NCBI GenBank assembly: GCA_947629045.1
Contig: CANRCF010000003.1
Location: 3,530-67,529 of the forward strand
From: an uncultured Clostridia bacterium
GTDB lineage: Bacteria > Bacillota > Clostridia > TANB77 > CAG-508
DNA: 64,000 nt
Direction of reading: 5' to 3'
Both the position numbers and the translations under genes were made by a program. The notes under the pieces are model-generated. The model searched no databases and was not told where the DNA came from. It saw only the letters and a list, made by a program, of their open reading frames with translations. Shown in pieces: positions 1-11,076 of this stretch (its first letter is position 1; each line of letters starts with the position of its first letter).

Positions 1-6
1 TAAAAA

Positions 7-1506
7 CTAATTTAATGGCTTCATAGTTGGGAACAATAATACATCTCTTATAGAAGCTGAATCTGTTAATAGCATAACTAATCTATCAATTCCTATTCCT
101 AGTCCTCCTGTTGGTGGCATTCCATATTCTAGTGCTGTTACGAAATCTTCATCCATCATATTTGCTTCTTCGTCTCCTGCTTCTCTAGCTTCTACTTGTT
201 TTTTGAATCTTTCATATTGGTCAATTGGGTCATTTAATTCAGAGTAAGCATTTGCATATTCTCTTGCACCAATAAATAGCTCAAATCTTTCTGTTAAACG
301 AGGGTCTGATGGTTTTCTCTTTGTAAGTGGAGAAACTTCTACTGGATAATCACAAACAAAGGTTGGTTGGATTAAAGTTTCTTCTACTCTTGCTTCAAAT
401 ACTTGATTTATAATTTCTCCTCTTGTTAGTTTTAATTCATCTAACTCTACATTTAATTCTTTTGCAGCTTTTAGAGCGTCTGCATCTGTTTCTATTTTAT
501 TAAAATCTACACCTGTTACTTCTTTAATAGCATCTATCATAGATATTCTTTTCCATGATGGTGTTAAATCTATTTCTGTTCCTTGATATGTTATTTTTGT
601 TGTTCCTAATACTTTTAAAGCTGCTTTTGATATTATTTCTTCTGTAATATCCATCATATCGTTATAATCTTCATATGCTGAATATAACTCTATACTTGTA
701 AATTCTGGGTTATGTTTAATATCCATTCCTTCATTTCTAAACATTCTTCCCATTTCATATACTTTGTCAAATCCACCTACTATTAGTCTTTTTAAGTATA
801 GCTCATTTGCTATTCTTAAATACATATCAATATCTAATGTATTATGGTGTGTAATAAATGGTCTTGCTGTAGCACCACCTGCTATTGTGTTTAAGATTGG
901 TGTTTCAACTTCTAAATAGCCTTTTTCATCTAATACATTTTTTACTTCTTTTAGAATTTCAATTCTCTTTTTGAATGTATCTTTTACTTCAGGATTTACA
1001 ATTAAATCTACATATCTTTGACGATAACGCAAATCAGCATCTTTTAATCCATGGAATTTTTCTGGCAATGGTCTTAATGATTTTGAAAGTAAAGTTACTT
1101 GTTTTGCGTGTATTGAAATTTCTCCTGTTTTTGTTTTGAATACAAAGCCAGTAATTCCAATAATATCTCCAATATCGTCTTCTTTAAATTGCTTGTAGCT
1201 TTCTTCTCCTAATTCATTTATGCTAACATAACTTTGAATTTTTCCTTCTGCATCTTGAATATGACAAAAAGAGGCTTTACCCATTATACGTTTTGCCATC
1301 ATTCTTCCTGCTATGGTAACGTCTTTTCCTTCTAATTCTTCAAAATTTTCTTTTATTTGTTTGCTGTTATGTGTTGTATTAAATTTTGTTATTTCAAAAG
1401 GATTTTTTCCTTCTTCTTGAAGTTTTGCTAATTTTTCTCTCCTTATTTTCATTAATTGGTTTAAATCTAATTCTTGTTCTTGATTATTGTTTACATTTTG
1501 GTCCAT
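7..1506 (-). CDS. lysS: Lysine--tRNA ligase (class II)
   Basis: 499-aa ORF with [15 protein letters not shown] and [21 protein letters not shown] motifs. Confidence 0.98.
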   Translation of the reverse strand: MDQNVNNNQEQELDLNQLMKIRREKLAKLQEEGKNPFEITKFNTTHNSKQIKENFEELEGKDVTIAGRMMAKRIMGKASFCHIQDAEGKIQSYVSINELGEESYKQFKEDDIGDIIGITGFVFKTKTGEISIHAKQVTLLSKSLRPLPEKFHGLKDADLRYRQRYVDLIVNPEVKDTFKKRIEILKEVKNVLDEKGYLEVETPILNTIAGGATARPFITHHNTLDIDMYLRIANELYLKRLIVGGFDKVYEMGRMFRNEGMDIKHNPEFTSIELYSAYEDYNDMMDITEEIISKAALKVLGTTKITYQGTEIDLTPSWKRISMIDAIKEVTGVDFNKIETDADALKAAKELNVELDELKLTRGEIINQVFEARVEETLIQPTFVCDYPVEVSPLTKRKPSDPRLTERFELFIGAREYANAYSELNDPIDQYERFKKQVEAREAGDEEANMMDEDFVTALEYGMPPTGGLGIGIDRLVMLLTDSASIRDVLLFPTMKPLN

Positions 1507-1706
1507 AAGAAAATCTCCTATCTATTTATATTTTAACGCATTTATTATACATTAAAAGTTGAAATATGTAAACAATTAAAGAGCAAATTTGTAATAAAAT
1601 CCACTCTTTATTTGTTTGTTTTTCATTTTTAAGTTTTTACAAGTTTTTTGAACTATAAAGTAATTACATTATATAAATTCATATTGTATAACTATTAATA
1701 TATTTT

Positions 1707-3329
1707 TTAGCTAGCCTTCCTTAATTCCTTTGCATGCTCTTTTGCAATTTTAGTAATATCGCCAGATGATATTCTTGCAATTTCTTCTATTACTTCATCT
1801 TCATTTAGTTCTTTAATATCTGTATAAGTTTTTTCACCTTGTACTTTTTTGCTAATATAGTAGTTATAGTCACCTTTTGCTGCAATAGATGCAGAGTGAG
1901 TAATACATAAAACTTGCTGAGTTTTTGAAATTGTTTTTAATTTTTCTCCTACTGCTTTTGAAGCTTTACCACTCATTCCTGTATCTATTTCATCAAATAC
2001 TAAGGTTGACACTTTATCAACGCTTGCAAGTACTGTTTTTATTGCTAACATTATACGAGACATTTCTCCACCTGATGCTATTTTTACAAGTGGTTTCGCT
2101 TCTTCGCCAATATTAGTACAAATGAAAAATTCTATTTTATCTAAACCGTTTATTGTAAAATTTTCTTGCTTTGTAATTGTTACAGAAAATTTGGCATTTG
2201 GCATTTCTAAAATTGCCAGCTCTCTATTTATTTTTTCTGAAAGTATTTGTCCTTGTTTTTTTCTTTGTTTGCTCATTTCTTCGCATATAATGTTCATTTT
2301 TTGTTTTGTTTTTTCTAATTCTATTTTTATGTTTTCATTTATTTGCTCTAAGTTTTGTATTTTTTGTATTTCTTCTGAAATATCATCTTTATATTTTAAA
2401 ATTGCTTCAATTGTGCTACCATATTTTCTTTTTAAGGAATAAATTAAATCTAATCTATTTTCTATTTCATTTTGTGTTTCTTCATCAAAGTCAGTTTCTT
2501 CTTTCATGTATGATATGTCTCTTGCTAGTTCTTGAATATCATAATAACTATTTTTTAATATTGCTAGCTTTTCTTGATAAATTTCTCCACAATCTTCTAT
2601 TTTTTCTAAGTTACGAATACAATTACTAATTCCACCAATTACATTTTCGTTTAGTTCTTCATCTATGGAATTCATGCTTTGCTTTAACTTTTCTGCATTT
2701 TGAATACATTTTCTTTGATTTTCTAGTTCTTCTTCCTCTCCAACTTTTAGCTTTGCTACTTCAATTTCATTTAATTGATAATTAAGTAAATCTAATTTTC
2801 TTGCTTTTTCTTGTTCATCTCCATAATTATTTTTTAAGTCTTGCTTTAAATTTGTATATTGTTCAAATAATTTTTCATATTCGTCTTTTTGCTTTTGCAA
2901 TTTATCGCCTATAAAACTATCTAAATAAGAGATGTGCTCTGCTGGATTTAATAATAGCTGACTATCATGCTGACCATGTAAATCTATAATTTGATTCATT
3001 GCTTCTTTTAATTCATTTACTGTAACTAGCCTTCCATTGATTTTACAAGAGCTTCTTCCGTTTAAATGAATTTCTCTAGAAACTATAATATTGCCATCCA
3101 TTGATATACTACTTTCAGGGCAATAAATATTAGCTTCTATAAATGAAAATTCTTCTCCTTTTCTAATCATTTCTTTTGAAAACCTGCCACCACAAATAAT
3201 GGCAATGGAACCAATTATTAAAGTTTTTCCTGCACCTGTTTCTCCTGTTAAAATGTTTAATCCTTCATTAAAATCAACAGTTAAATCATCTATTATTCCT
3301 ACATTTTTTATATGTAATGTGGTTATCAT
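1707..3329 (-). CDS. recN: DNA repair protein RecN
   Basis: Walker A TGETGAGKT, central coiled coil, ASGGEMSR signature, FDEIDTG. Confidence 0.96.
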   Translation of the reverse strand: MITTLHIKNVGIIDDLTVDFNEGLNILTGETGAGKTLIIGSIAIICGGRFSKEMIRKGEEFSFIEANIYCPESSISMDGNIIVSREIHLNGRSSCKINGRLVTVNELKEAMNQIIDLHGQHDSQLLLNPAEHISYLDSFIGDKLQKQKDEYEKLFEQYTNLKQDLKNNYGDEQEKARKLDLLNYQLNEIEVAKLKVGEEEELENQRKCIQNAEKLKQSMNSIDEELNENVIGGISNCIRNLEKIEDCGEIYQEKLAILKNSYYDIQELARDISYMKEETDFDEETQNEIENRLDLIYSLKRKYGSTIEAILKYKDDISEEIQKIQNLEQINENIKIELEKTKQKMNIICEEMSKQRKKQGQILSEKINRELAILEMPNAKFSVTITKQENFTINGLDKIEFFICTNIGEEAKPLVKIASGGEMSRIMLAIKTVLASVDKVSTLVFDEIDTGMSGKASKAVGEKLKTISKTQQVLCITHSASIAAKGDYNYYISKKVQGEKTYTDIKELNEDEVIEEIARISSGDITKIAKEHAKELRKAS

Positions 3330-3514
3330 AAAAGCACTCTCCTTTTATAATTTATTTGCAAAATTTTGTTTGTATGTACATATTATATACCAAATTTTTG
3401 TTTTGTCAATTGTTTTTTATATTTTTTTATTTACTTTTTTAAGTCATTTTGATATAATTAATTTACTCGCAAATGCGATGTAATTATATTTTATTTTTAA
3501 AGGGGGATTTCATC

Positions 3515-3718
3515 ATGGGTAAGTACAGCAGTGCACTTCCTCTTGAACCAAATCAGGGAACAAAGGAACTTGTAGAACAAATCGAATCAGATGCTTCTAA
3601 AGAAACAGATTCTTTTGTAAGCAAGCGGAAAGATTTGAGGGAATGCCATAGGAATTCTGATGCACCTTATCGCAAAGGTCCTAACGGAAGATTCTACAGG
3701 AAAATTTCTCAAAAATAA
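3515..3718 (+). CDS. Small orphan hypothetical protein
   Basis: ATG at 3515 after AAGGGGG RBS; upstream TATAAT; downstream hairpin; contains one in-frame CGG (3626). Confidence 0.45.
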   Translation: MGKYSSALPLEPNQGTKELVEQIESDASKETDSFVSKRKDLRECHRNSDAPYRKGPNGRFYRKISQK

Positions 3719-3762
3719 AGTATTTATTTCCTGAAATTTATGTTAAAATCCATGATTTTAGC

Positions 3763-3803
3763 AAAAGTCCCAATGAAGATTAGTCTCTTCATTGGGATTT
3801 TTT
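3763..3803 (+). terminator. Intrinsic terminator
   Basis: TCCCAATGAAGA-loop-TCTTCATTGGGA hairpin followed by a T tract. Confidence 0.75.
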
Positions 3804-3862
3804 TATTATAAAGAATTAAAATTCCCTCACAATCTTTACTTAAGATAGTGAGGGAATTTTTT

Positions 3863-3937
3863 TGGTGACCCCTACGGGAATCGAACCCATGATTCGGCCT
3901 TGAGAGGGCCGCGTCTTAACCGCTTGACCAAGGGGCC
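3863..3937 (-). tRNA. tRNA-Glu (anticodon CTC)
   Basis: Reverse complement GGCCCCTTGGTCAAGCGGTTAAGAC...CGGCC-CTCTCAA-GGCCG...GGTTCGATTCC...GGGGTCACCA; cloverleaf with encoded CCA. Confidence 0.96.
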
Positions 3938-4117
3938 TTTAATTTAGCTACCTATATAATATAACATATTTAATGTTTAATAGTCAAGATTTGTAGGCTT
4001 TTTTATTTTTACTTTTTCTAATTGCATTTAACTTTTCACTTAATGTACTTTTTCTAAATATATTTTACTTTTTCAATTCATATATTTTTCATTATCGTTT
4101 GACCTGTCCCAAGTACC

Positions 4118-4522
4118 TCAAAAATGGGAAAGCGGACCTGGTCCCAATATCACCTTTAATCTTTCCTCGTTTCCTGTTAAATATAAATAACCAATTAAAG
4201 CCTCAAAAGCTGTTGCATACATATAATCTTGCACACTAGCATTTTTAGCAATGTGATGATTTTTAGTGTTTCTTCCCCTTTTTACTATTTCTAGCTCTTC
4301 TTCAGTTAAATCTTTTTCTATACTTTTTAATAATTCAGCTTGTGCTTGCGCTTTTACATATTTTATTGATTCTATATGTAATTTATGAGGTTTTAAGTTT
4401 GTATCACATACTAAATTTTTACGAATATATAATTCATATACTGCATCTCCGATGTATGCCCATGTTAATGGTGACATTTGATTTACTTCTTCTATTTTTT
4501 TATTGCAATTAAATATTTCCAA
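4118..4522 (-). CDS. mrnC: Mini-ribonuclease III
   Basis: AYIGDAVYEL, KRGRN and YATAFEALIGYLY motifs. Confidence 0.92.
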   Translation of the reverse strand: MEIFNCNKKIEEVNQMSPLTWAYIGDAVYELYIRKNLVCDTNLKPHKLHIESIKYVKAQAQAELLKSIEKDLTEEELEIVKRGRNTKNHHIAKNASVQDYMYATAFEALIGYLYLTGNEERLKVILGPGPLSHF

Positions 4523-4525
4523 TTT

Positions 4526-5423
4526 TTATTCTCCTACCTTTTCTATTGTTATTCTACCTAATTTTCCGCTTCTAAAATCCTCTAATAAAATACTTGCTAC
4601 TCTTTCTAAATCTATTTCTCCACCAGAAATTACAGCACCTCTTTTTTTGCCAATTAAGTTCATAACTTCTATAACTTTTTCATTTTCTTGTAATTTATCG
4701 TTTTGCATAATAAAGTTTATTTCTTCTTGTGATATTCCATATCTTTCTTGTAAATTAATAGTATAATCATTTAATAAAAGTTTTAATAATTCATATCCAA
4801 TTTCTAATGTATCTAGTAATTCTTCTTTTATTGTTCTTGTATATGCTAAATTAAAAGCTACCTTTTGCTTTTCTAATTTTGGCCATAAAACGCCTGGAGT
4901 ATCTAGCAATTCGATTTTATCTCCTACTTTTATCCATTGTTTTTGTCTTGTAACACCTGGTTTATTTCCTACTTGTGCAACACTCTTTTTTGCCATTCTA
5001 TTTATAAAAGATGATTTACCTACATTTGGAATTCCAAGTATCATTATTCTAATTGCTTTTCCTACTCTACCTTTACTTTCGTATTTCTCATTTTCATAAA
5101 TTTCTTCTATTTTTCTTATTGTTTCTGGTATTCCTTTTCCTGAAACAGAGTCTACTAAAACTGCTGGTATTTCTTGTTTTTCAAAATATGATACCCATTT
5201 TTGATTTTCTTTTTCACTTGATAAATCTGACTTATTTAAAACAATAAGTCTTTTTTTGTTTTTGGTTATTTCTTTCATATCTGGATTTTGACTAGATATT
5301 GGTATTCTTGCATCTAATACTTCTACTACAATATCAATTAATTTTAAGTCTTCTATTATTTGCTTTTTTGTTTTTGCCATGTGACCGTGGGTACCAGTTG
5401 ATGTTTGTTTTATTTTCGTTCAT
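4526..5423 (-). CDS. rbgA: Ribosome biogenesis GTPase RbgA/YlqF; true N-terminus MNENKTNINWYP-G-HMAK joined through a +1 shift at CGG (5385-5387)
   Basis: DARIP, NKSDL, GIPNVGKSS, LLDTPGVLWP. The conserved WYPGHM motif appears only if the C of CCA-C-GGT-CAC-ATG is skipped. Confidence 0.92.
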
Positions 5424-5731
5424 ACTTTCACTTCCTTTATTCAACTTGATTTGCAAATTTACATATTGGAATTCCTCCATTATCTTGCCAATCAACTTTC
5501 AATTTATCAAATTTTTTTAAGTGTTCAGATTCGAACTTTTTCTAAACCGTCGAATTCGATGGTTTAAAATTCGGACTATAAATTGATTACTAAATTTATA
5601 AAAATTCTACTTTTATTAAATTATATAAGATACAAATTTCAAAAAATTTTTATTTTTCATTACATTGAACTATATTTTTATAAAAGAACTGATTAAAAAA
5701 TCAGTTCCCCTAATATTTTATATTGTATATT

Positions 5732-6205
5732 TTATAAAGTTTTATATTGGTTTCTATCTGCTCTTTCATCCACTTTTCTATCGAATTGTTCATTTTTGTA
5801 AAACCAATCTGTTTGTTTATCTACTGGGTGTGCTTTTCTGTTTTTGTCTAGTAATACATCAAAGAATGCAAATAGTGGAATAACAACACCTATTGCTGCA
5901 ACTAATAAAGACATATAACTGTTCAAAGTTCCTGTTCCTTCTATTACTGACATTGCATTTTGATAGATATAAACTCCATAATATAGTCCATGTGCTACTA
6001 AATATATTGTTGTTGGTAATAATTTTCTTTTTGCTATAAAACAAATACATATAAATGTTATAAATAATAATGCTATTTCCATGGTTAAATCCATTGGTTC
6101 TGCTATAAATTCTTTTCCCATTGAATATAGTAGTGTTGCTACTACTCTAAATGCCCAAAACATAAAGGCAAAAATGGCTATTAGCCAACTAGATAAACTT
6201 TTCAT
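5732..6205 (-). CDS. Hypothetical membrane protein (about 4 TM segments)
   Basis: 157-aa ORF with GAGGA RBS, hydrophobic segments and a charged C-terminal tail. Confidence 0.75.
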   Translation of the reverse strand: MKSLSSWLIAIFAFMFWAFRVVATLLYSMGKEFIAEPMDLTMEIALLFITFICICFIAKRKLLPTTIYLVAHGLYYGVYIYQNAMSVIEGTGTLNSYMSLLVAAIGVVIPLFAFFDVLLDKNRKAHPVDKQTDWFYKNEQFDRKVDERADRNQYKTL

Positions 6206-6332
6206 TGGTTTTTCCTCCTCTAAAAGTGCATTTTATACTATAAGAATTTCAATTTTTAAAAATATTTTAATTTTATATAATGTTAGGATTTCATTTTTCA
6301 AAAGCCCAACATAAGACCTAAGTCCTATTGTC

Positions 6333-6665
6333 TTAGTCTACGAAGTTAAACTCGTCTTCAAATTTTTCTTTAAAAATTTCAAATATTTTATTTAATGTTG
6401 CTTCATCATCAACACTAACATATGATTCTTCATCCTCTGATTCTGAATCTTCTAATTTAAGGATTACTACTTCTCCAGGTTCTTCTGATTCTTCTTCTAC
6501 TGGTAAAAGTACTACGTATTCTTCTCCTTCATATTCAATTAAATCTAGGAATTCAAATTCTACTTCATTTCCTTCTTCATCGTTTAGAACTAATATATTA
6601 TCTAATTCCTCTCCCTCATTTAAATTTTCTTCTTGATTTTGATTTAAGTTTTCATTTTCACTCAT
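6333..6665 (-). CDS. DUF1292 family acidic protein
   Basis: ILVLNDEEGNEVEFEFLDLIEYEGEEYVVLLP; usual position after ruvX; ATG at 6665 with AAGGAG RBS. Confidence 0.88.
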   Translation of the reverse strand: MSENENLNQNQEENLNEGEELDNILVLNDEEGNEVEFEFLDLIEYEGEEYVVLLPVEEESEEPGEVVILKLEDSESEDEESYVSVDDEATLNKIFEIFKEKFEDEFNFVD

Positions 6666-6785
6666 TTTAATTTTCTCCTTTCGTTTATATATAATCATTA
6701 TATTTCTACAATGTTAATATCATTTTTATTATTTGCATATTTTTGAAATATATGCAAAGGCAATTTATGATTTTTATATAAAATT

Positions 6786-7205
6786 TTAACTGCTTTTTTT
6801 ATTCATATAAGTTTCTAAAATATATACTGCTGAAATAGTATCTACTATATCTTTTTTCTTTGTTTTATTAATGTTTAAATAATTCATTGTTTTATGAGCG
6901 GCAACTGTTGTAAGCCTTTCGTCAATTGTTTCTACTGCTACTTTTGGAAATCTGCATCTTAATTTATGAATAAATTTTTCTGTTACTTCTACTCTTGTTG
7001 TTTTGGTTCCATCCATATTTATTGGCATACCAATTACAAATACATCAATTGAATACTTTTCTAAAATTTCTTCTATTCTTTTTAGTGCTAATTTATCGTT
7101 TCCTTGATGGTGTATTGTTTCTAAGCCTTGTGCAGTAATCCCAAGTTCGTCTGTAATTGCTAGTCCTATTCTACTGTCGCCATAATCTATTCCTAATTTT
7201 CGCAT
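6786..7205 (-). CDS. ruvX: Holliday junction resolvase-like / pre-16S rRNA nuclease RuvX (YqgF)
   Basis: LGIDYGDSRIGLA, IDERLTT and VDTISAVYILE motifs. Confidence 0.93.
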   Translation of the reverse strand: MRKLGIDYGDSRIGLAITDELGITAQGLETIHHQGNDKLALKRIEEILEKYSIDVFVIGMPINMDGTKTTRVEVTEKFIHKLRCRFPKVAVETIDERLTTVAAHKTMNYLNINKTKKKDIVDTISAVYILETYMNKKSS

Positions 7206-7208
7206 CAA

Positions 7209-7463
7209 TTAATCATCCAATCCTATATAATTTTTAACCATTTTTTCCAATAGTTCATCTCTTTCTACTTGTCTTATTAAATTTCTAGCATTATTATGAC
7301 TTGTAATATATGTTGGATCACCTGATAAAATATAACCTACTATTTGATTAATTGGGTTATATCCTTTTTCCTCTAATGCATGATATACTTCTTTTAATAT
7401 TTCTCTAACTTTTAAGTTTTTGTCTTTTTCTACTTTAAAACTAACTGTTTCATCAGATATCAT
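7209..7463 (-). CDS. IreB/ReoM family regulatory phosphoprotein (UPF0297)
   Basis: [32 protein letters not shown] signature. Confidence 0.93.
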   Translation of the reverse strand: MISDETVSFKVEKDKNLKVREILKEVYHALEEKGYNPINQIVGYILSGDPTYITSHNNARNLIRQVERDELLEKMVKNYIGLDD

Positions 7464-7547
7464 ATTAAAATCATTTCCTTTCTTTACTTATTTAATAGTA
7501 ATTTTTAACTACTAAATGTTTCTTTTATTTAACTATTTCTAATGAAT

Positions 7548-8630
7548 TTATAAATAGTTTATTGTATTTTCTTCTACTGGTGCCTCGTCTATATATTCTT
7601 CTAATTTTTTAGTAAGTCCTTCTAATGCAGTTCCTTTATAATATGTTGACAATACTACATTTATTTTAGGTTTTACAGTTTCTACTTTTTTAGTGTTTAC
7701 TGTTTCAACTTCAATATTTTCTATTCTTTTTTTCAACTCTTTCATGAATGATGTAACTGCTTCTAAATCAATTCCTGAAAATACGATTGCAAATTTAGGT
7801 CCCATGTATCTTACAAAAATATATTCATTTGACAAGTTTTGTTTTACTAAATCACTTACTTCTGTTATTAATTGATTTCCTGTTTCTCTGCTATACGTTT
7901 TGTTTATTTCTTCTAGATTTATAATTTTGAACAAGCAAGCTGTTGATGTTACATATTTATCAATTGTTTTTTTACCTTCTCCAAATAAATATTCTGCCGA
8001 TTTTAATTGACTAAATAAATCATCTCTAACAATATTTTCTATCACTTGTTGATTTTCAACTGTACGTAGTACTGACACAATGTTGTTTTTTATTACTTCT
8101 AATAGTGTTGTATCTATATTATCAAATTCATGTGGTTTGCCACCTTCAATTATCCAATAGCCTATATATACATTTTCTACATAAAGAGGGAAAAACATTG
8201 CTGATTTTGCTCTTGCAAATTCCATTTTTTGATATGGAAGCCTTTCTCCTTCTTTTTCAACAGTTATATATTTAGGTGTTGCAGTTGTTATACTATCTTT
8301 AAATATGTCTTCATTTTGAAGATTTCTTAATGCATCCCAGTGTTTTTCATCTACATTAGATGCTTTTACTACATATTCTGCACCATCATATACTACAATG
8401 GTAGAATATTTTATTTGATATTTTTCAATAAGAATCTCATTTATTTTTTGTATTTTTTCATTTACAGAGGTAACTTCGCTAATTGTATTCATAAAGTCTT
8501 GTAACACGTTTAAGCTTGTTATCTTTTCATTTAAATTTTGAAAATTTTGTATCTTTTTATGTATAGACATATTATATATCATTAGTGTCACAATTATTAT
8601 TACTAATACTATTATCAATCCGATTATCAA
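7548..8630 (-). CDS. Membrane-anchored GAF plus degenerate GGDEF-like domain protein
   Basis: N-terminal TM; GAF-like SAMFFPLYVENVYIGYW; cyclase-like INKTYSRETGNQLI with RYMGPKF in place of RYGGDEF. Confidence 0.65.
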   Translation of the reverse strand: MIIGLIIVLVIIIVTLMIYNMSIHKKIQNFQNLNEKITSLNVLQDFMNTISEVTSVNEKIQKINEILIEKYQIKYSTIVVYDGAEYVVKASNVDEKHWDALRNLQNEDIFKDSITTATPKYITVEKEGERLPYQKMEFARAKSAMFFPLYVENVYIGYWIIEGGKPHEFDNIDTTLLEVIKNNIVSVLRTVENQQVIENIVRDDLFSQLKSAEYLFGEGKKTIDKYVTSTACLFKIINLEEINKTYSRETGNQLITEVSDLVKQNLSNEYIFVRYMGPKFAIVFSGIDLEAVTSFMKELKKRIENIEVETVNTKKVETVKPKINVVLSTYYKGTALEGLTKKLEEYIDEAPVEENTINYL

Positions 8631-8675
8631 AAAATCACCTCATTTTATATAATGTTTAAAGTTTTTTATATACTA

Positions 8676-11072
8676 TTAATAATTATTTTTCATTTTGTCT
8701 AATGTACTATTCATAGAATTAGGAAAACTATTATAGTTGTTATAATTATTATTTCCTTTATTTTTCATATTATTATTTATTAATGGATAAACCATGTCTG
8801 CTAATTTTGAAAGTGATGACATAAATATTTTTGAATATCCATTTAATGAAATTTTACAATTAACTAAACCATCTAAATATTTTGAATATGTTTGCTCTTC
8901 AAAAGGAATTGTACAATATACTGCTGTATCTTTATTAAATAACTCTGTCATAAAAGACATTGATGGGTCATTATAATATGCCATTCCTCCAATAATTGTT
9001 TTTTCTGAGACACTTCTTAATCTTACTGCTTTATTTAATACTAATCTTAATTTTTCTGGATTTAGTACATTTTTAGCCTTTAAGTTTCTCATAAATGCTG
9101 TTAATGGTTGAATTGTAAGTATGTCAAAAGATTGTACTAAGTATAATTCTTGCGCTTCACTAAAATACTCTATGTTTGTTTCAAAATCACAATCTAAAAT
9201 TACTAATGAATAATTTTTAACTAAAGTTTGTAAAATATTGCTGTAATCATTTATGTTTTGTTCTTCATCTGGAAGTGTTGTGTACACTGTTAAATTTTTA
9301 TGAACTTGAATTCCTTCTGGTCTTCCACTTCTTAAATTTTCAATACATGAATATGCCACTTTTCTTAAATTTTCTTCATTTTCTGTATAAATATAGTATG
9401 CATTTCTGTTTTTTGTTAAATCCAATATTGCTGTATTAATTCCTTTTTGAGAAAGCATTTCAGCTACATTATTTACTAAAAATGATGTACCATTTTTTGA
9501 AGTTCCAACAAATGCTACTACCTTCTTCTCTCTTGTCAATAATGAACTTATACTTTGAGAATTCATGCTATTTGCTGTATTTTGTATTGAGTTTTGGTTT
9601 GGTGTAGAATTATTTTGTTGTGCATTAAAATTAGTAGCTGTATTACGTTCTGGTATTGTATTTACATTATTTTGTACTTCTAATGGTTGCTCATCAATAA
9701 TAGGTTCATCGTCTAAACCTGGAAGAACAAAGTCATTACTTTGAGAAGATGAATTAGATGTATTTTCTTGTTCTTCTTCACCTAATTCAAATAAATTTAC
9801 TGGAGTATTATTTTCTTTTACCTGTTCTACTGGATTTATTGTTTCTAATATAGAGGTCTGTTCATTTGGTTCTGCAACTTCTGGACTGCTTTTTTTAGGT
9901 CTTCCTCTTCCTCTTTTTACTACTGGTACTGTTTGAATTCCCTCTGGTTTAGCTTTTCTAGGTCTTCCTCTTCCCCTTTTTACTTCTGCTTGTGGTTCTA
10001 TAACTTCACCTTCTGAATTATTTGATGCATTCGTATATGTAGGCTCTACTACATCTTCTGCTTCTACTACTGTTTGATTATTTTCTGATAAATCATTTAA
10101 TATATCATCTATTTCTTGTATTTCCTGTACTTTTACTGGTGTTTCTTTATTTTTATTTGCTTGTTCTAATGAATTTTGCTTCATATTTTCTCTTTTCATT
10201 TTATTTTTATCAATAGCAGATGGAATAATTACTGGCTCTGTAATTCTATTTTTACTTAAATTATTCTTAATTATATCTAAATCTGGTGTTGTTTCTTTTG
10301 GTTTTATTGTTTTAACATATTGGTTAGATTTTGGTTCTGGTTTTTCAAGTTTTATTTTTTTATTACTTGTCGTTTCTCCAAATGATACAACCTCTTGATA
10401 TTTACTACTATTAGCTTCTAGCACTGCTTTTACATTTAGTGGTAAAAACTTAGCAATTAATCTTAATTGTGAATCTGTATATTGGCTAGCTATATGATCA
10501 AAACTTTCTACATACTTTTCTTCATTTCCGCCTAACTTTTTATAATGATTTATGATGTTCTGAATTTCTACCTCAGTAACATCTCCTTCATTTTCTACTT
10601 TATAATCCACATCTTCTGAATCTATATGATAATATACTTTTGCTTCTTTTTTAGTACGTGGTCTTGCTAATAAATCACATACATTTGTAATGCTTCTATC
10701 TTTTCCAAGTAGAGCATTATATACACCAATTCCAAATAGTTTTACTAATAATGGTTCTGATTTAGTTCTTCTATCTGTACATATTAAAATTATTGGTATA
10801 TCTCCCCCAGCTTGGTTTGTAGCTTCATCACTAATGTTGTCCATTTTTTCAAATATAAATTTGTCAATTGAATTATAGTCATTATTTGAATATGGTTGTA
10901 AATCTTCACTTATAACAATTCTGTCATAAGTTTTATCTCTTTGTAATTCTTTAATAATTGCATTAAAATAATACACATTCTTTACTGAAATAATTTCCTT
11001 ATATTCTTGTTGATATTTTTTTATAATTGACTCTGAAATGCTTTCATTATTTACTGCAAATAATACTTTCAT
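8676..11072 (-). CDS. Large protein with two AT-hook motifs and a C-terminal ParA/MinD/CpaE-like ATPase domain
   Basis: KRGRGRPRK and KRGRGRPKK in a low-complexity linker; VVAFVGTSKNGTSF deviant P-loop, AILDL, VILDCD. Confidence 0.65.
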   Translation of the reverse strand: MKVLFAVNNESISESIIKKYQQEYKEIISVKNVYYFNAIIKELQRDKTYDRIVISEDLQPYSNNDYNSIDKFIFEKMDNISDEATNQAGGDIPIILICTDRRTKSEPLLVKLFGIGVYNALLGKDRSITNVCDLLARPRTKKEAKVYYHIDSEDVDYKVENEGDVTEVEIQNIINHYKKLGGNEEKYVESFDHIASQYTDSQLRLIAKFLPLNVKAVLEANSSKYQEVVSFGETTSNKKIKLEKPEPKSNQYVKTIKPKETTPDLDIIKNNLSKNRITEPVIIPSAIDKNKMKRENMKQNSLEQANKNKETPVKVQEIQEIDDILNDLSENNQTVVEAEDVVEPTYTNASNNSEGEVIEPQAEVKRGRGRPRKAKPEGIQTVPVVKRGRGRPKKSSPEVAEPNEQTSILETINPVEQVKENNTPVNLFELGEEEQENTSNSSSQSNDFVLPGLDDEPIIDEQPLEVQNNVNTIPERNTATNFNAQQNNSTPNQNSIQNTANSMNSQSISSLLTREKKVVAFVGTSKNGTSFLVNNVAEMLSQKGINTAILDLTKNRNAYYIYTENEENLRKVAYSCIENLRSGRPEGIQVHKNLTVYTTLPDEEQNINDYSNILQTLVKNYSLVILDCDFETNIEYFSEAQELYLVQSFDILTIQPLTAFMRNLKAKNVLNPEKLRLVLNKAVRLRSVSEKTIIGGMAYYNDPSMSFMTELFNKDTAVYCTIPFEEQTYSKYLDGLVNCKISLNGYSKIFMSSLSKLADMVYPLINNNMKNKGNNNYNNYNSFPNSMNSTLDKMKNNY

Positions 11073-11076
11073 TCGT

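Noticed and set aside
4834-4836. AGA in rbgA (AYTRTIK) where homologues usually have Gly
   Set aside because: A single in-frame substitution; AGA is used as ordinary Arg throughout the window, so there is no evidence of reassignment.
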